Notes: generated by a model not told the origin, from the sequence alone. 64,000 bases of DNA from Octopus vulgaris (GCA_951406725.2 OX597823.1:103478001-103542000); one strand, 5' to 3'. Numbered from the stretch's first letter, positions 1 through 13,378 are shown. A program made the numbers and translations.

Positions 1-109
1 TGAAAAAATGGGCCAGTGAAGCACAGGAGTTGATATAATAGAGTAACCCCGCCCCGCACAAAATTTCAAGCCTATTGCCTATAATAGAAATGATAATAAT
101 TAAAATTAC

Positions 110-272
110 GTGGCTCAGTGGTTAGAGTGTCGAGCTTACGAACATGAGGTTGTGAGTTCGAATCCCGGACCGGGCTGCGTGTTTTGTTCTTGAGCAGGAC
201 ACTTTATTTCACATTGCTCCAGTTCACTCAGCTGTAGAAATGAGTTGCAACGTCACAGGTGCCAAGCTGTAT
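110..272 (+). mobile_element. tRNA-derived SINE (family A head), 3'-truncated
   Basis: Pol III A box TGGCTCAGTGG at 111 and B box GTTCGAATCC at 156, then a conserved-looking TGTTCTTGAGCAGGACACTT segment; related head at 21857. Confidence 0.8.
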
Positions 273-305
273 CACCCTCCCCTCTCCAGTGGAGAGGGGA
301 GGGTG
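273..305. repeat. Perfect 16-bp inverted repeat with 1-nt spacer
   Basis: CACCCTCCCCTCTCCA-G-TGGAGAGGGGAGGGTG. Confidence 0.9.
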
Positions 306-334
306 CTGGTCTTCCATAAACATATATGTATGTA

Positions 335-381
<47 letters not shown>

Positions 382-1375
382 ATACATACTGAAATGTCAT
401 AAATTGAGTATTGGGGCCGCTAATTAAGGTAGATGTGTTTCTGGATGTGTGGAATAAATGATTCTTTAGTTATTAAAATATAATTTGATTCCCAATCTGA
501 TCTGTCTCTCACTATATTATACATTCTAATCCGCTTCTATTTTGGGACGTGACGGATATGGCTTCGATATTTCTGAGCCTAGTGCTGCTTGATCAAGACT
601 GATTTGTGGAGAAACTAAACCCCAATAACACCACCACCACCACCATAGGTCAATATCTTGCATTAGAACCATGTAACTAATGTGTTTCCCACATGTAACA
701 CAGTGACGTGTAAGCAAAGTGTCTCAAAGAAGTGCGCCAAAAACATAATCCTTCATACTTTACCTTACTTGACAGTGTTGAACCAATCAGAACGTGCCCT
801 GCCTATCCAAACGTATCGGATCTCAGTACACCACTCTTTTCTAATCTTAGAATGTTTTTCTGTGAACGGAGAAATATACTTCAAACTGTTAAATTTTTCT
901 TACTTTTGTTCGTGTGTTCTTATATACAAGGTCTTATGTACAAGAGATAATAGGCTTCGATGCTGCATCGAAGAAGTGGGTCTCCGCCTTCTTCGAAATG
1001 AGACGAACTTATATTATTCGAGGGTGCAAGGGTCCCCTGGGCCCTGACTCTACAACACGCATAGTTCTGGCCTTAATATAGTAGTGTTAATATAGCGTGT
1101 GCTTATTTAGATATCATTTATATAACTATGTATGCATGTATTTAGATATATATATATATTATATAGTATCTAACTTTGACTGTGTTTTGACATCTCATAT
1201 ATAATAGCTAAGTCTTTCTGTAAATATTTAGATATCTCTCATGTATCAATTATAATGTTCAGTGTTAGCTTCTCTTTCTTTACATATGAGTCTCCGATTG
1301 TTTGTTGTTTCTGCTATTGCAACATTTGCTGATAATGCAATTGTATCAGTATTCTTTCCACATATTAAGGGAAAA

Positions 1376-1378
1376 ACT

Positions 1379-1429
<51 letters not shown>

Positions 1430-1443
1430 GACACACACGTACT

Positions 1444-1488
<45 letters not shown>

Positions 1489-1520
1489 GGCACACACAGA
1501 CACACTAATCTCTCTCACAT
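1376..1520. repeat. Compound (CT)n(CA)n microsatellite, duplicated as an ACTAG-initiated unit
   Basis: ACTAGT(CT)n(CA)n occurs twice, followed by a decayed third unit. Confidence 0.85.
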
Positions 1521-1611
1521 ACACGCGTGCGCTCGCATTACACTCGCATACATATACTGAAGTTCATTACTCATGAAATCCCAACAGTTTAGTAGCGTGA
1601 ATATATTTAAA

Positions 1612-1666
1612 GCTTTGCTGATGAGGTCAAATAAGACCGAAAAATGACTAGCATTGTTCCCCCAAA
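1612..1666 (+). ncRNA. Hammerhead-ribozyme-like motif (stems I and III decayed)
   Basis: CTGATGA (1618) - GGTC aaataa GACC - GAAA (1639), then AATG actag CATT; cleavage triplet and stem I are poorly formed. Confidence 0.4.
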
Positions 1667-2176
1667 CGACTAAAATAATCATTCGGGATCTATTGTTCTT
1701 TTCTACTCACTACATTAATATTTCTAATTACATTTTTGATGCTCTGAATTAAACATGTTCATCTTTATTTAACACTATTTTGCCATTGTTACTCTCTCTG
1801 CGTCGTGTTATAGCTTAAATTTCCATCACCTAAATCACTATAATCCACAATAATATTTCCTTCAGCTTGCAAGTCTAGTTTGTTTCGTAAAGAGCTTTAG
1901 GGTAACCGCCATCTTTATTTATTATGGATGATTGAAAATAGAATCACTTCTGTATCAGAAGCAATGTTTTAAACTGCTTCACATAATTTTTCCGTTAGTG
2001 CCTTATTTAAGATAATGTGAAGATACGTCTACTAGAGTTTTCTGGAAATAAAGCAGCTAACACAAAGCATGGAGCTACAAAATATTCTGCCAGCATAGAC
2101 GAAATCTTTTAAAAGAATCAACAATAATGACAATGATAATGAGGACTTTTTCCGTAGGTGGATAACATTGCTCTTT

Positions 2177-2452
2177 GTATGTATGTATGTATGTATGTAT
2201 GTATGTATGTATGTATGTATGTATGTATGTATGTATGTATGTATTTATGTATGTATGTATGTATGTATGTATGTATGTATGTATGTATGTATGTATGTAT
2301 GTATGTATGTATGTATGTATGTATGTATGTATGTATGTATGTATGTATGTATGTATGTATGTATGTATGTATGTTTGTATGTATGTATGTATGTATGTAT
2401 GTAGGTATGTATGTATGTATGTATGTATGTATGTATGTATGCATGTATGTAT
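2177..2452. repeat. (TATG)n microsatellite
   Basis: Direct reading; source of the MYVC/HTYI pseudo-ORFs. Confidence 0.98.
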
Positions 2453-2513
2453 GTGTGAATGTATGCATATATGCATGTATTTGTGTATTAACACACACAC
2501 ATATATGGATGGG

Positions 2514-2635
2514 TGTGTGGTATGAATCTTGCTTTCCAACCACATGGTTCTGGGCTCAGACCCACTGCGTGGCATCTTGGGCCAACCAGAGGCTTGCGAG
2601 ACGATTTAGTAAATAGAAGCTGAAAGAAGCCATTC

Positions 2636-2636
<1 letters not shown>
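2514..2636 (+). mobile_element. SINE family B, 5' half
   Basis: CAACCACATGGTTCTGGG...CCCACTGCGTGGCATCTTGGG...GAAAGAAGCC; homologous to 53655, 45905 and 62755. Confidence 0.75.
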
Positions 2637-2684
<48 letters not shown>

Positions 2685-2818
2685 AATTAATATGTGACTA
2701 TTATACAATAGCTATCTTGGCTATTGTATAATTGTCACATATTAATTTACAGATAAATTTCCTCTATTTACATATTATTGAGGTCTCTTTCTTTCTTTTG
2801 TTATCTTACCGTTTTTAC

Positions 2819-2883
<65 letters not shown>

Positions 2884-3111
2884 CAAGTTTAATAAAGATT
2901 TTAGAAATTTTTACTACCAGTGGCCTAGGGTAGAGAAAAATTAGTCAATAGACTATATATTATTTACATAAAATACAGTGTACTTTAAAACACATTAAGA
3001 GACTTCAATCATAGGAATCCTTTACGCTAGAAAGAACAGCTAAAGTCCAAACCACTAATTAGGGATAAATTCTCGAAGGGAATGAAAAATAAAAACATTT
3101 ACCGTCTAATT

Positions 3112-3180
3112 CCTAGACCATGGTTTCTGACTTTAGTAAATAAAAATTATTATTTACCAGGCTAAGTCTTCATCAACAGG
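3112..3180 (-). ncRNA. Minimal type-I hammerhead motif, U3.G8 core variant
   Basis: Minus strand: CCTG-TTGATGA-a-GACTT..long hairpin..AAGTC-a-GAAA-CCATGG-TC-TAGG; palindromic stem III, GUC triplet; about 230 bp from a (TA)n tract. Confidence 0.65.
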
Positions 3181-4079
3181 GACGCCATAAATTAAATATA
3201 TAAACAATGAGGCCAATCCAGCATGCTGGATTAGTAAAAGGACCAATGCTATCACTTTTCAGAACTTCTTGCCTTGTATCTAAATATGAAATTATGTGAA
3301 ATATTGAATCCATCCATAATCAGTCGATCATTAAGTTGTACAGCATTTACACACAAAGGGGTATTCGAAATTTACATCGAGGCTTATCCTATGAAATAAA
3401 ATAAGCCTCGGTTTTGGTTATACTTCACCTACGATACTATATAAGCGAGTATATCTCGAACAGCATTCTTTCTGCAGCCAAAGTAATGCGTGTATGTATC
3501 TTTGTATTTTTAGGGTATATATCTACGTAATTATGTCTACACGAAACATAGTGAATTGATTAAAATCTAGTATTTTATTGTTACATATTTTATTAGGAAA
3601 CGACTGAAAATTATTTTACCTTGATGTGAGTTGTATGAACCTCTGTCTGTCTGTCTGTCTGTCTGTCTCTCGGGAGACTCCGTCAGTAGAGGATGATCAT
3701 TCATCTGTACCTGTATGTGCAGGCCTTGATAAGACTTTTAAAGGTAAACTAGTTGTTATACATGTATGCAAGTCTCCTATCTTCACGATACTAATATTAT
3801 CCGAGGAGAAAGCCATCGACTTGGGCCTATACAGCTTGGTACCTTTTTGTCATCGAAGGTGCTGCTGTCAGAACACAAAGAGTCGGGGAAAATGCCATAA
3901 GGTATCTTGCTCGACTCTATAACTGTTTCACTAATTTACTGCCTTGGAATGGTTTTTTTTGTATCGAAGCTGAAAAGATGGAAGTTGGCCTCAACAATAT
4001 TTGAACTGAAATTGTATAGAGGTGGAGTAAATACCGTGAGGTGTTCTAAACAGTGCTCAACACGTTAAAAAGTGTAACA

Positions 4080-5300
4080 GGATCTCCATAATCAATACCA
4101 TCACAAGCTAATAAGCAGATCAACCATCGCAACGAAAAATCGTCATAAAAGATAACCATTTTTACCAAACAAAAACCTATTAGGAGCAACTGTCATCTCC
4201 AGATAACCATCACCACTAAACAAATGTCATAAGAAATAACATTTCCAGATAACCATCGCCATTAAACAACCATCATAAGCACTCGCCATAAATAACCTTC
4301 AAAAGCTTTCAGTAATCACTATCAAAAGAAATAAAAATATGCCATCGTAGCCAAACGAACATTATTTCGAAATAATCACGACTACCAAATGACCAGAACA
4401 ACAACCAACATGTCACAACCAGACAAATGTGAAGAATCATACCAATCAATATCCACCTCAACCAATAAATGTTTTATTTGACCATCATAAACAAACAAAC
4501 AACTGTTATAACAAATCATGTCCACTAGTGAACGACTGACCGTCTTGACAAGAAAGCCATTCAGCTACTACAAGTGACATCTTCATAACAGCCAAATAAC
4601 ATAACCAAAGTACCATCAAAATGATAAATCATCAGATCTATAAAGAAATAAAAAAAAAATAATAATAAATCATCACCAACACGAACCATTCAAAACAGTT
4701 ATAACATACAAAATGACAATTACAACAACTAAAATAACGACCAGTCTGACTAACAACCATCATAACCATGACAATCATCACTCAACGAGTCGTTATAGGG
4801 CAATTATAATAATTGTTTCAACTCCTTGCGCTTTGCGTTCAAATCTAGCTCTAGCTTACTTTGCCTTTCATTCTCTACTGGGGTTGCTTTCTTACCATCT
4901 CCATCTTTCTCTTTCTCTCTTTCTACCCCTCTCTGTCTTAATCAGATCAGTTAGATAACTAGGATAGAAGGAATGTTCACATTGCAGCCCCATTGATCCT
5001 TTCACCATATCTCTGTGGACATGAAGAAACACCACTCAAAATACCACCAAAACAACAAGACTTCTGTCAGAAGACAACCGTCACATGGCAATCGTCATAA
5101 CAAGACCCCGTCACGCAAGGCAACCGTCTCAACAAAGCAACCATTGCGACTAGCCAACCGTCACAACTAAACAAACATCACAACATGAAAACCATCACAG
5201 TTAAACTGCTGTCCAAACAAACAACCATAACAATAAACATCAACAAACAGCCATTACAACTAAGCTACTGTCACGAAAATACAAACAACACAACTAAATA
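4080..5300. repeat. Degenerate A/C-rich minisatellite-like tract (AACAACCATC-like)
   Basis: Recurrent AACCATC/AACCGTC/ACAAC motifs with strong strand asymmetry; interrupted at ~4800-5030. Confidence 0.55.
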
Positions 5301-5430
5301 AACAAAACAATACTCTCTGTAGTCGAGCTATCTTCAAGATATAGTGACCCAATTTCTTTGAAATTAGATCTTACTGTCGAAAAAAATAAAAGGAAGAACG
5401 CATTGGTTATCGTTGTCCAACACACACACA

Positions 5431-5486
<56 letters not shown>

Positions 5487-6529
5487 AGCGATGGAATGGT
5501 CATGGTTGAAATTTCTCCGATCATAGATCTTATCATTTGGGAATTGATCTGGAGCTAAACGACAGCAGCGACGCCGACAACATCAACAACAACAACAAAA
5601 ATTTGTGGTGAAGCAAAGGTTCTTAGCACCTGGGATCCAACCTTACCTTTATCGATTGGCTAAAATAAGCAAGATAAAGATTTTACGCTTCTTTCACGCC
5701 TAGTATGATTGCCTCAGCCCTGACGGCAACGACATTTCTCACAACTAAACAACTATCGAGACTGAAAAGACAACCAATAAGGGCAGAGACCGTTACAGAA
5801 ATGTCGGAGTATATTGTTGGAGACGATAGCACAAAAGAAGAAAATCAATTGTAATATAATGGCGATGATGATGATGGCCGTCAGACCAATAGTGTGATGG
5901 CTTGTTCACAAATGAGTTGATATAATTTCTAATCCTGAAGAATAAGCATTGCTTTTGTGCGATGGTATAAATGTGTGATTGTCATTGAAGGAGGCCTTCG
6001 GCAATTGTAAGACGTTGTGCTTGTAGAGAATTGTAAGGGTGGTGGGTAGCTGTCCTGCGATGACTAGGGTAGAGGTAAGGCAAGAACGTTTGATATGTTT
6101 ATTTCTATACTATATTGTTGGCAGGTCAAAGCTGGCCATGCATCTGCGCATATATGTATAAGCCCGAGCAACATTTTTTAAGGAAGTTTTGTAGTTGTTG
6201 ATTCATTGCCAAGTCTCCTCTCTGCAATGTTTATTGAAGGGAAGAGCTGTCAACATTCACCTTTACAACTTGGCACCAGCGTCGTTGCTGGAGCTGTCGT
6301 CAGAATGCAAAGAATAGGAACAGATACCACAAGATATAGTGCCTGATCCTTTTATAGTTCCGTCAATATATAGCTTTGGATTGGTGCATTAAAAAATCTA
6401 CAATGAATGGATGAAAGGCAACGTTAACCCCTATTCCATTTGAACTTAGAACAAGGAATCAATATAAATACTGAGTCATTCTATACAATGCTCTCACGAC
6501 TTTACTAATTAGCCGCCTTTGTTAGTCAT

Positions 6530-7060
6530 CATTAATAAGAAATCCATCCATCAATCTTCTCCACCCACTATTCCTTGAAGGGTTGTCCTTAGATGTTTTC
6601 TCCATAGTTTCCTCTCCGAAATAATTCATTAGAATTTCCGGCTGGATCCCTAACTTGACCGACTGAAACTATGGATATTATCCAACCATATCGTTCTTAG
6701 TCTACCCTTTGATCTGTCGGTTGACTCGACTTGAAGAATCTATTTTGCGATTCTTTCCTGTGATATTCTGATCATACATCCGTAGTACCAGAGCTGTGAT
6801 CTCCCAATGTGGAGAAGTAGCGGTGTTCGACCTGGAGAGACTCCCTGATCTCCGAGCTTTGCGCCTTGTTAAGTAACGTTAGTCCTGTGATCATTCGGAC
6901 AAACACCATCTCGGACGCTTGTACCACCATCCTTACTCTTTCAGTCATTAACTCAACATTTATGATTATACGCGACGAAAGGCACGAAAACCTAACTGAA
7001 CATAGTGAGTTTTTTTTGTCAAATTCTCCGCTTCTGCAGATCGAATGCTGGCACTGGAAT
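6530..7060 (-). mobile_element. Decayed RTE-clade LINE 3' fragment
   Basis: Broken minus-strand frames give RSQLWYYG..ISQERIAK..ILQVE..KGRLRTIWLDNI, the typical post-RT RTE motifs. Confidence 0.65.
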
Positions 7061-7099
7061 ACTACTGTGCCAGTACCTGCAATTCAAGCAAATAAAAGC

Positions 7100-7352
7100 T
7101 ATATTCTGTTGTATCTGGGGAGAGCCATTCTCATTTGGTGCCTTATAATTTAACACACTCACCGGTAAAATTTCCACTTATTTATTTTTATTTTCTAAAA
7201 TTTTCGTTGCGTCTTGCAACCTTTTCAAGTGTCAAGACTAACGAAAATTTTGGGAAAATAAAAATAAGAAATAAGTGGAAATTTTATCGGTGAGTGTGTT
7301 AAATTATAAGGCACAAAAAGAGAATGGCTCTTCCCAGACACAACAGAATATA
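7100..7352. repeat. Long fold-back palindrome, arms ~117 bp, spacer ~16 nt
   Basis: TATATTCTGTTGTATCTGGGGAGAGCCATTCTC...GTCTTG pairs with CAAGAC...GAGAATGGCTCTTCCCAGACACAACAGAATATA with few mismatches. Confidence 0.9.
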
Positions 7353-8266
7353 CTTCAACACACGAACTCATATAAAGAATCTTGCTAACCAAATCCAAAA
7401 ACGAAGAGAAAGCTATATTATAAAATAGGGTATCTATATACTGCAGAGATAGCCGTTGGCTAACGAGACTAGTATTTTGCAGCAATGTTTAAAAAAAGGT
7501 GTCCTTCAAGATAATTCTGTTTTCGAGAACAGCATCCTTTTATTAATTCCAGTAACCGTGTATCAAGTCCACCATTTCTTTCAATACTTTCTCATTTGTA
7601 AGCAAAATTTCCATGTATTCTTCTGTCTCTATTAAGAAACCTTAAATATAGTTCAACATCCATAATGCTTCTTATTTAATTTATGTACTGGGTTAAGGTT
7701 ATTAAGAATTAAAAATTAGTTAAGGATTTTATGAAGATATTATTTATCAGAATGATGGCTGGTACTGCAGTACAGAAGAATGATTGTTTTATAAATCATA
7801 GAGGGAGTGACGTGCATTCGGTTCATAAGATATCCCTAGTAACATTATTTTACAGAAAACACGCACACACATACACGCGCACACACACATGCGCACACAC
7901 ACACGCACGCACAAAATCATAAGTTACAGAAGATTTGATTTCCAATTAGAAATATGTCAACACACACCATTGTTATTTATGATACAATATCTCTTCCCAA
8001 AATAACCAACAGAATACAGTAAGCAAAACGACATTGTGTCTTTGTCATATATCAGAATTCATTCATAAAATATACAACAATAAGTTAAACCGAATTGTTT
8101 GTTTGAAGGTGTGTACAAACATATGCATGCATTTATGTATGTCTGCATGGGTGTGCGTGTATGTATGAATGAGCGTATACATATATATTTGTGCATGAGT
8201 GTGCGTATATGTCAGTATATATCTTTGTGTGAGCGTATAAAGGCATATATATGTATGTATATAACC

Positions 8267-8313
8267 CTCTCTCTCTCTCTATCTCTCTCTCTCTCTCTCT
8301 CTTTATCTATCTT

Positions 8314-8381
<68 letters not shown>

Positions 8382-8457
8382 CGTATACATAAAGCACCTT
8401 GGGCAAATGTCTTCTAAAACCACAAATCCTGAAAGAAGCCCGTTGTCCATCTATCTG

Positions 8458-8527
<70 letters not shown>

Positions 8528-8528
8528 A

Positions 8529-8593
<65 letters not shown>

Positions 8594-8657
8594 CCTACCT
8601 ACCTACCTACCTACCTACCTACCTACCTACCTACCTACCTACCTACCTGTTTGTCTG

Positions 8658-8703
<46 letters not shown>

Positions 8704-8761
8704 AATCTATCTATCTACCTACCTACCTACCTACCTACCTACCTACCTACCTGTTTGTCTG

Positions 8762-8858
<97 letters not shown>

Positions 8859-8911
8859 GTGTATGCATCTATGTGTATACCTATCTATCTATCTATGTGT
8901 ATACCTGTTTG

Positions 8912-8991
<80 letters not shown>
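8267..8991. repeat. Compound (CT)n/(TATC)n/(TACC)n microsatellite with higher-order duplication
   Basis: The TATC-TCAA-TATC-TACC-TGTTTGTC block occurs twice; source of the LSIY pseudo-ORFs. Confidence 0.95.
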
Positions 8992-8992
<1 letters not shown>

Positions 8993-9029
8993 GTGTATGC
9001 ATGTGTGCTTGTGCATGTGTAACTTTGTG

Positions 9030-9238
9030 TCTATGATTGTTTCTCCCTCACCACTAATGACAACTGATGTTGGTGTATTCACGCCCTCGTAACTAAGCGG
9101 TTCAGCAAATGAAAGCCGATTGAATAAGTACCCGGCTTAAAAAATAAGTGCTGGGTCGATTCGTTCGACTAAATCTTTCAAGGCGTGCCCCAGTATGGCT
9201 GAAGTGTCATAACTGGAACGAATAAAGCACAAAAGAAA
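9030..9238 (+). mobile_element. SINE family B, 3' half
   Basis: GATGTTGGTGTATTCACG..TAACTAAGCGGTTCAGCAAA..GAATAAGTAC..AAGGCGTGCCCCAGTATGG; homologous to 48430 and 55315. Confidence 0.75.
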
Positions 9239-9293
9239 GATATATATTACATATATGTATAAATATATATTAGATATATGTAGATATGTATAG

Positions 9294-9354
<61 letters not shown>

Positions 9355-9421
9355 CAATTATATATACATATATATATGATATAATATAAATGTGTATATA
9401 TTTTATTTATTTTTTAAAACT

Positions 9422-9468
9422 TTTATCTAGTTTCAGCTCACGAGCTGTGGCCATGCTGGGGCACCGCC
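9422..9468 (-). mobile_element. Solo LINE/SINE 3' tail
   Basis: Minus strand GGCGGTGCCCCAGCATGGCCACAGCTCGTGAGCTGAAACTAGATAAA; near-identical copy at 18619-18662. Confidence 0.75.
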
Positions 9469-10078
9469 ATTTATATATATATACATATATATATATATAT
9501 ACACACATTTATATACATATACACACATACATACATACACACACATATACACACACAGTGTATATATGTAATTACATACAGTGTGCTTAGGCCCATAGAA
9601 TGCCGTCCATCCTCAACAATCACTTATTCAGAGGTTGTTATAAGAAGTGCAGAACCCCGTTCAATGGTGTGTTTTATAGTAGTGCAGAAATTGAAGAGAA
9701 TCGAACAATGGCTAGATTGCACACTGTCTGGAAAAGAAACTATAAAATTGTTTTAAAGCTCCCTGATAGATGTTAGCCGATTAGCAAATCGGTTAGCCGT
9801 TAACAGCGAGTGGTTATAGATAAAGACATGATCTGTGTAATAGTGTTGGCCTAATGAGCAGTTGTGGTTCAGAATCCAATTGCTCTTCGAACACCCACTG
9901 TAGGGAATACAAATAACAATAATGGTGAAACGTACGTAGGGCACAACTGATATAAAATGCAACTTGTGTTTATAATACTTTTTATAATACTTGTCTATAT
10001 AATACTTCTTTCCCACACACGCAAACACACACATATATATACATATACATATATACATATTATGTATGATATATATGA

Positions 10079-10129
<51 letters not shown>

Positions 10130-10210
10130 ATAAGAGTAGCTCGTATACGAGTGGGTATATATTTGTAAAAAATGAAGTTTGAAAATGCCGCTATATTAGA
10201 TAAATTTTAA

Positions 10211-10253
10211 TTTTACATGTTTCGGTTCTTGAAATAACGAACCTTATCAAAAA
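10211..10253 (-). ncRNA. Minimal type-I hammerhead motif, U3-A8 core variant
   Basis: Minus strand: TTT-TTGATAA-GGTTC gttatttcaa GAACC-GAAA-CATG-TA-AAA; stem I is only U/A pairs; about 90 bp from (TA)n. Confidence 0.55.
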
Positions 10254-10568
10254 AAATTTTTTATATAATAAAGAGAGTCCATGCTATATGTTTAAAGAGT
10301 ATGATGGAACAGTTCATAATTGTGACATACATTCAATAGAGTCAAATATAAAAAAAATCCATGTTCTTGAAAAGGCGAGGAGTTCATTATAAATTTTACC
10401 TTGTGTTCCAATTGGTCGGCGTCTGCTGGCGTAATTTTGGTAAATTTTGTGATTGTTGGATTTATATCAGCTAAGCTGTGGGTCCTGGTCTCTGGCACTG
10501 TTCACTGACGTCATATAGTTCCAAACCAATCAAAACCCAGCCTCAACGAATATAGGGAAAAGACCCCT

Positions 10569-10870
10569 AACTGTATCCTATTGGGAAACCAACCAAGCGG
10601 AACGACAAGTTTGACCACGTAAGAAAAACGTCATCAATTTTTTGACGAATCGAAATTAGATCTGACCCATGACTGTATCCTGTTAGGTGGCTAGCCCAGC
10701 AGAACGAGTAGTTTGACCACGGAAGAAAAGCGTCATCAATGTTTTGACGAATCAAAATCTGGTCTGACTCATAACTGTATCTTGTGAGGAAACCGACCAA
10801 GCAGGGTGACAATAGCTTGACCACTGAGGTAACACGTCATCAATTTTTTGACGAATCAGAATTAGATCTG
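10569..10870. repeat. Three diverged tandem units of ~102 bp
   Basis: ACTGTATC at ~10570, 10672 and 10774; each unit has TTGACCAC...CGTCATCAATTTTTTGACGAATC...TCTG. Confidence 0.85.
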
Positions 10871-11634
10871 CTCGCAGAGAAAGAAATCTTTTTGTAAATT
10901 TTTCCTTCCCTAAGACATACCACTGCCAGCGTGAGTGACTGTTTAAGGATCTGAGAAATTGTAATTCGCCCCACCTCCATTATTTTATATATATATATAT
11001 ATATATATTACATGTATGTATTTATATATCTACATCTCTGTCTTTATATCTCTCTATATATATGCGTACCTACCTACCTACCTACCTACCTACCTACCTA
11101 CCTACATATATCTATACATAGAGAGAGGGAGAGAAACATAGATAGATACATGCATGCATATATTTTTTTATAACGGAATAGGATTCAAAGAATCAGACAG
11201 AGCTCACACCAAACTCTCCGCCGGGTGTCCGGCTATCATGAATTGTTGTAATTTATACTAGAGTATAAGATTAATGTGACTGTCCTTCTGAAATTCCAGG
11301 AATTACAATGATGGAGAGTATATAACAATTAACCAAGATAAGGTAAGTCAGAGATGAAATGTTTATTCCATTTCTTGACAGCTGTCCATATGTGCCAAAA
11401 ATATAGTGTCTGTGAAGTGTGGCAGATAAATACCACTCAGATCTGTTGCTGTATAATGAGACAATCAAATCAAGTTGAGCACAGCTAAATGTTTCTTGCC
11501 CATGGAATGTTTTAATGTGCTATATCATTCAGTATTTTATAGTACAATTATATATCTATGTATGTGCATCTATATGCACGACAAATACAAGAATGAGTGA
11601 GCAATCTAAAGAATGATAAAATGATATTGCCAAA

Positions 11635-11800
11635 GTGGTCGGTTAACAGAATTATCAGCCGCCAAAGCTTTGTACGAATCTTTTCCGATTTGGTTTCGGT
11701 TCTTTGCATTTTGAGTTCAAATCCTGTTAAGATAAATTTTGTCTTTTATCCGCCAGGGCTTGATTAAATGAAGTACCAGTTATTTACTGGACTTCAATCA
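11635..11800 (+). mobile_element. Decayed SINE family C
   Basis: TGAGTTCAAATCC...TTTGTCTTTTATCC...AAGTACCAGT; homologous to 36331. Confidence 0.55.
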
Positions 11801-11969
11801 CCCCTCTCTCTCTCTCTCACTCTCTCTCGCGTGAGAAATAAACGGCGAGGGTCGCAATTACTGGCAATAATACAATAATATCATCTTCCGAGACATCTGC
11901 AATTCTATCACAATGGAAAAATATGGTTGCCGTTACTCTGGTAGGGTATAGCATGTGTATGTGTCTGTG

Positions 11970-12075
<106 letters not shown>

Positions 12076-12110
12076 CGCGTGCGTGTGTGCGTGTGTATGG
12101 GAGGTTTTAG

Positions 12111-12154
12111 AGTCGATGATGTAACTGGATACAGACTGCGAAACAGCTGTCAAC
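12111..12154 (+). ncRNA. Decayed hammerhead motif in a pLTR-like insert within microsatellite
   Basis: TCGATGA-t-GTAaCTG gata CAGacTGC-GAAA-CAGCTG-TC; core positions 3 and 4 altered. Confidence 0.4.
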
Positions 12155-12347
12155 AAATGCAATAAACATTTATCTCTCATATTCCATAAGTTAGTTAATG
12201 ATATTTATTGGCAACAGAGGCAGTAATAATACCGAGAAGTGGATGTTCTGTTAGAACAAAGTGCACTGCGGTGGTTACCATGTGCGAAACTCTTATATTA
12301 GCATACTTAGACACCACCCCGCACTCACACATGCATGCACACATATG

Positions 12348-12413
<66 letters not shown>

Positions 12414-12446
12414 TGTAACTATGCATACGTACATACATACATGCAA

Positions 12447-12487
<41 letters not shown>

Positions 12488-12713
12488 CACACATATATAT
12501 ATACATATATATATGTATGTATTATGTGCGTTTATATATATGTATATATATATGTATGCATACATACATACAGAAAGACAGACAGACACGCGCACACACA
12601 CCAGCATACATGTACGTGCGTAAGTCTGTGTGCATGTATACATTCATACATACACATGTATATATACGTACATGCATACACTCATATAAAATTATTAAAA
12701 ATACAGACACACA

Positions 12714-12757
<44 letters not shown>

Positions 12758-13329
12758 CATATACATTATACATACTCATATACATTATACACACACACAT
12801 ACAGACATACATACACACATACGTATATTCATAATATTTACATTCATACATATAGACATTCATATCTAAATGCTAATATTTAGTTAAAGGTGTAAACATT
12901 TCAAGTACCCATCTACATTATGAATATAAGACGTGATACGTTGGACAGTGTACAGTGTGACATTGTAAGCTGAATGCGAAGGAAATCGATTTTCATCTAG
13001 AATCATTTAAAAATCAACTTGTAAATATGAGCAGCTCCTGGCGCTATTTTGTAGATTCCATTTCTATGAGCAAACTTTCCTGTATTTGGCACTTGTAGGA
13101 TTTTCCTATATTTACGTGTATCTTTTTTCGATGACGTACATCATATGGAGTAGTGTTATGCATATACGCTGACATAACCATTCATTCACGCGCGCTAGCG
13201 CAAACACACATATACACACACACACACACACAAACGCACGCACACACATGCATACATACAATAGACATCTATTTGTAATATTCTATTGCTTTTCTCCAAA
13301 TTCATTAAAAGTTTAAAAACTTCTCAACA

Positions 13330-13377
<48 letters not shown>

Positions 13378-13378
<1 letters not shown>

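Noticed and set aside
110-180. Functional tRNA gene (also 41680-41750 and 50474-50530)
   Set aside because: No closed acceptor stem, and the sequence continues into a repeated body, so these are SINE heads.
9578-9730. Possible MITE with CAGTGTGC/GCACACTG ends
   Set aside because: Only an 8-bp match and no clean right TA TSD.
10569-10870. CRISPR-like repeat/spacer array
   Set aside because: The spacers are homologous to each other, the context is eukaryotic and there are no cas genes.
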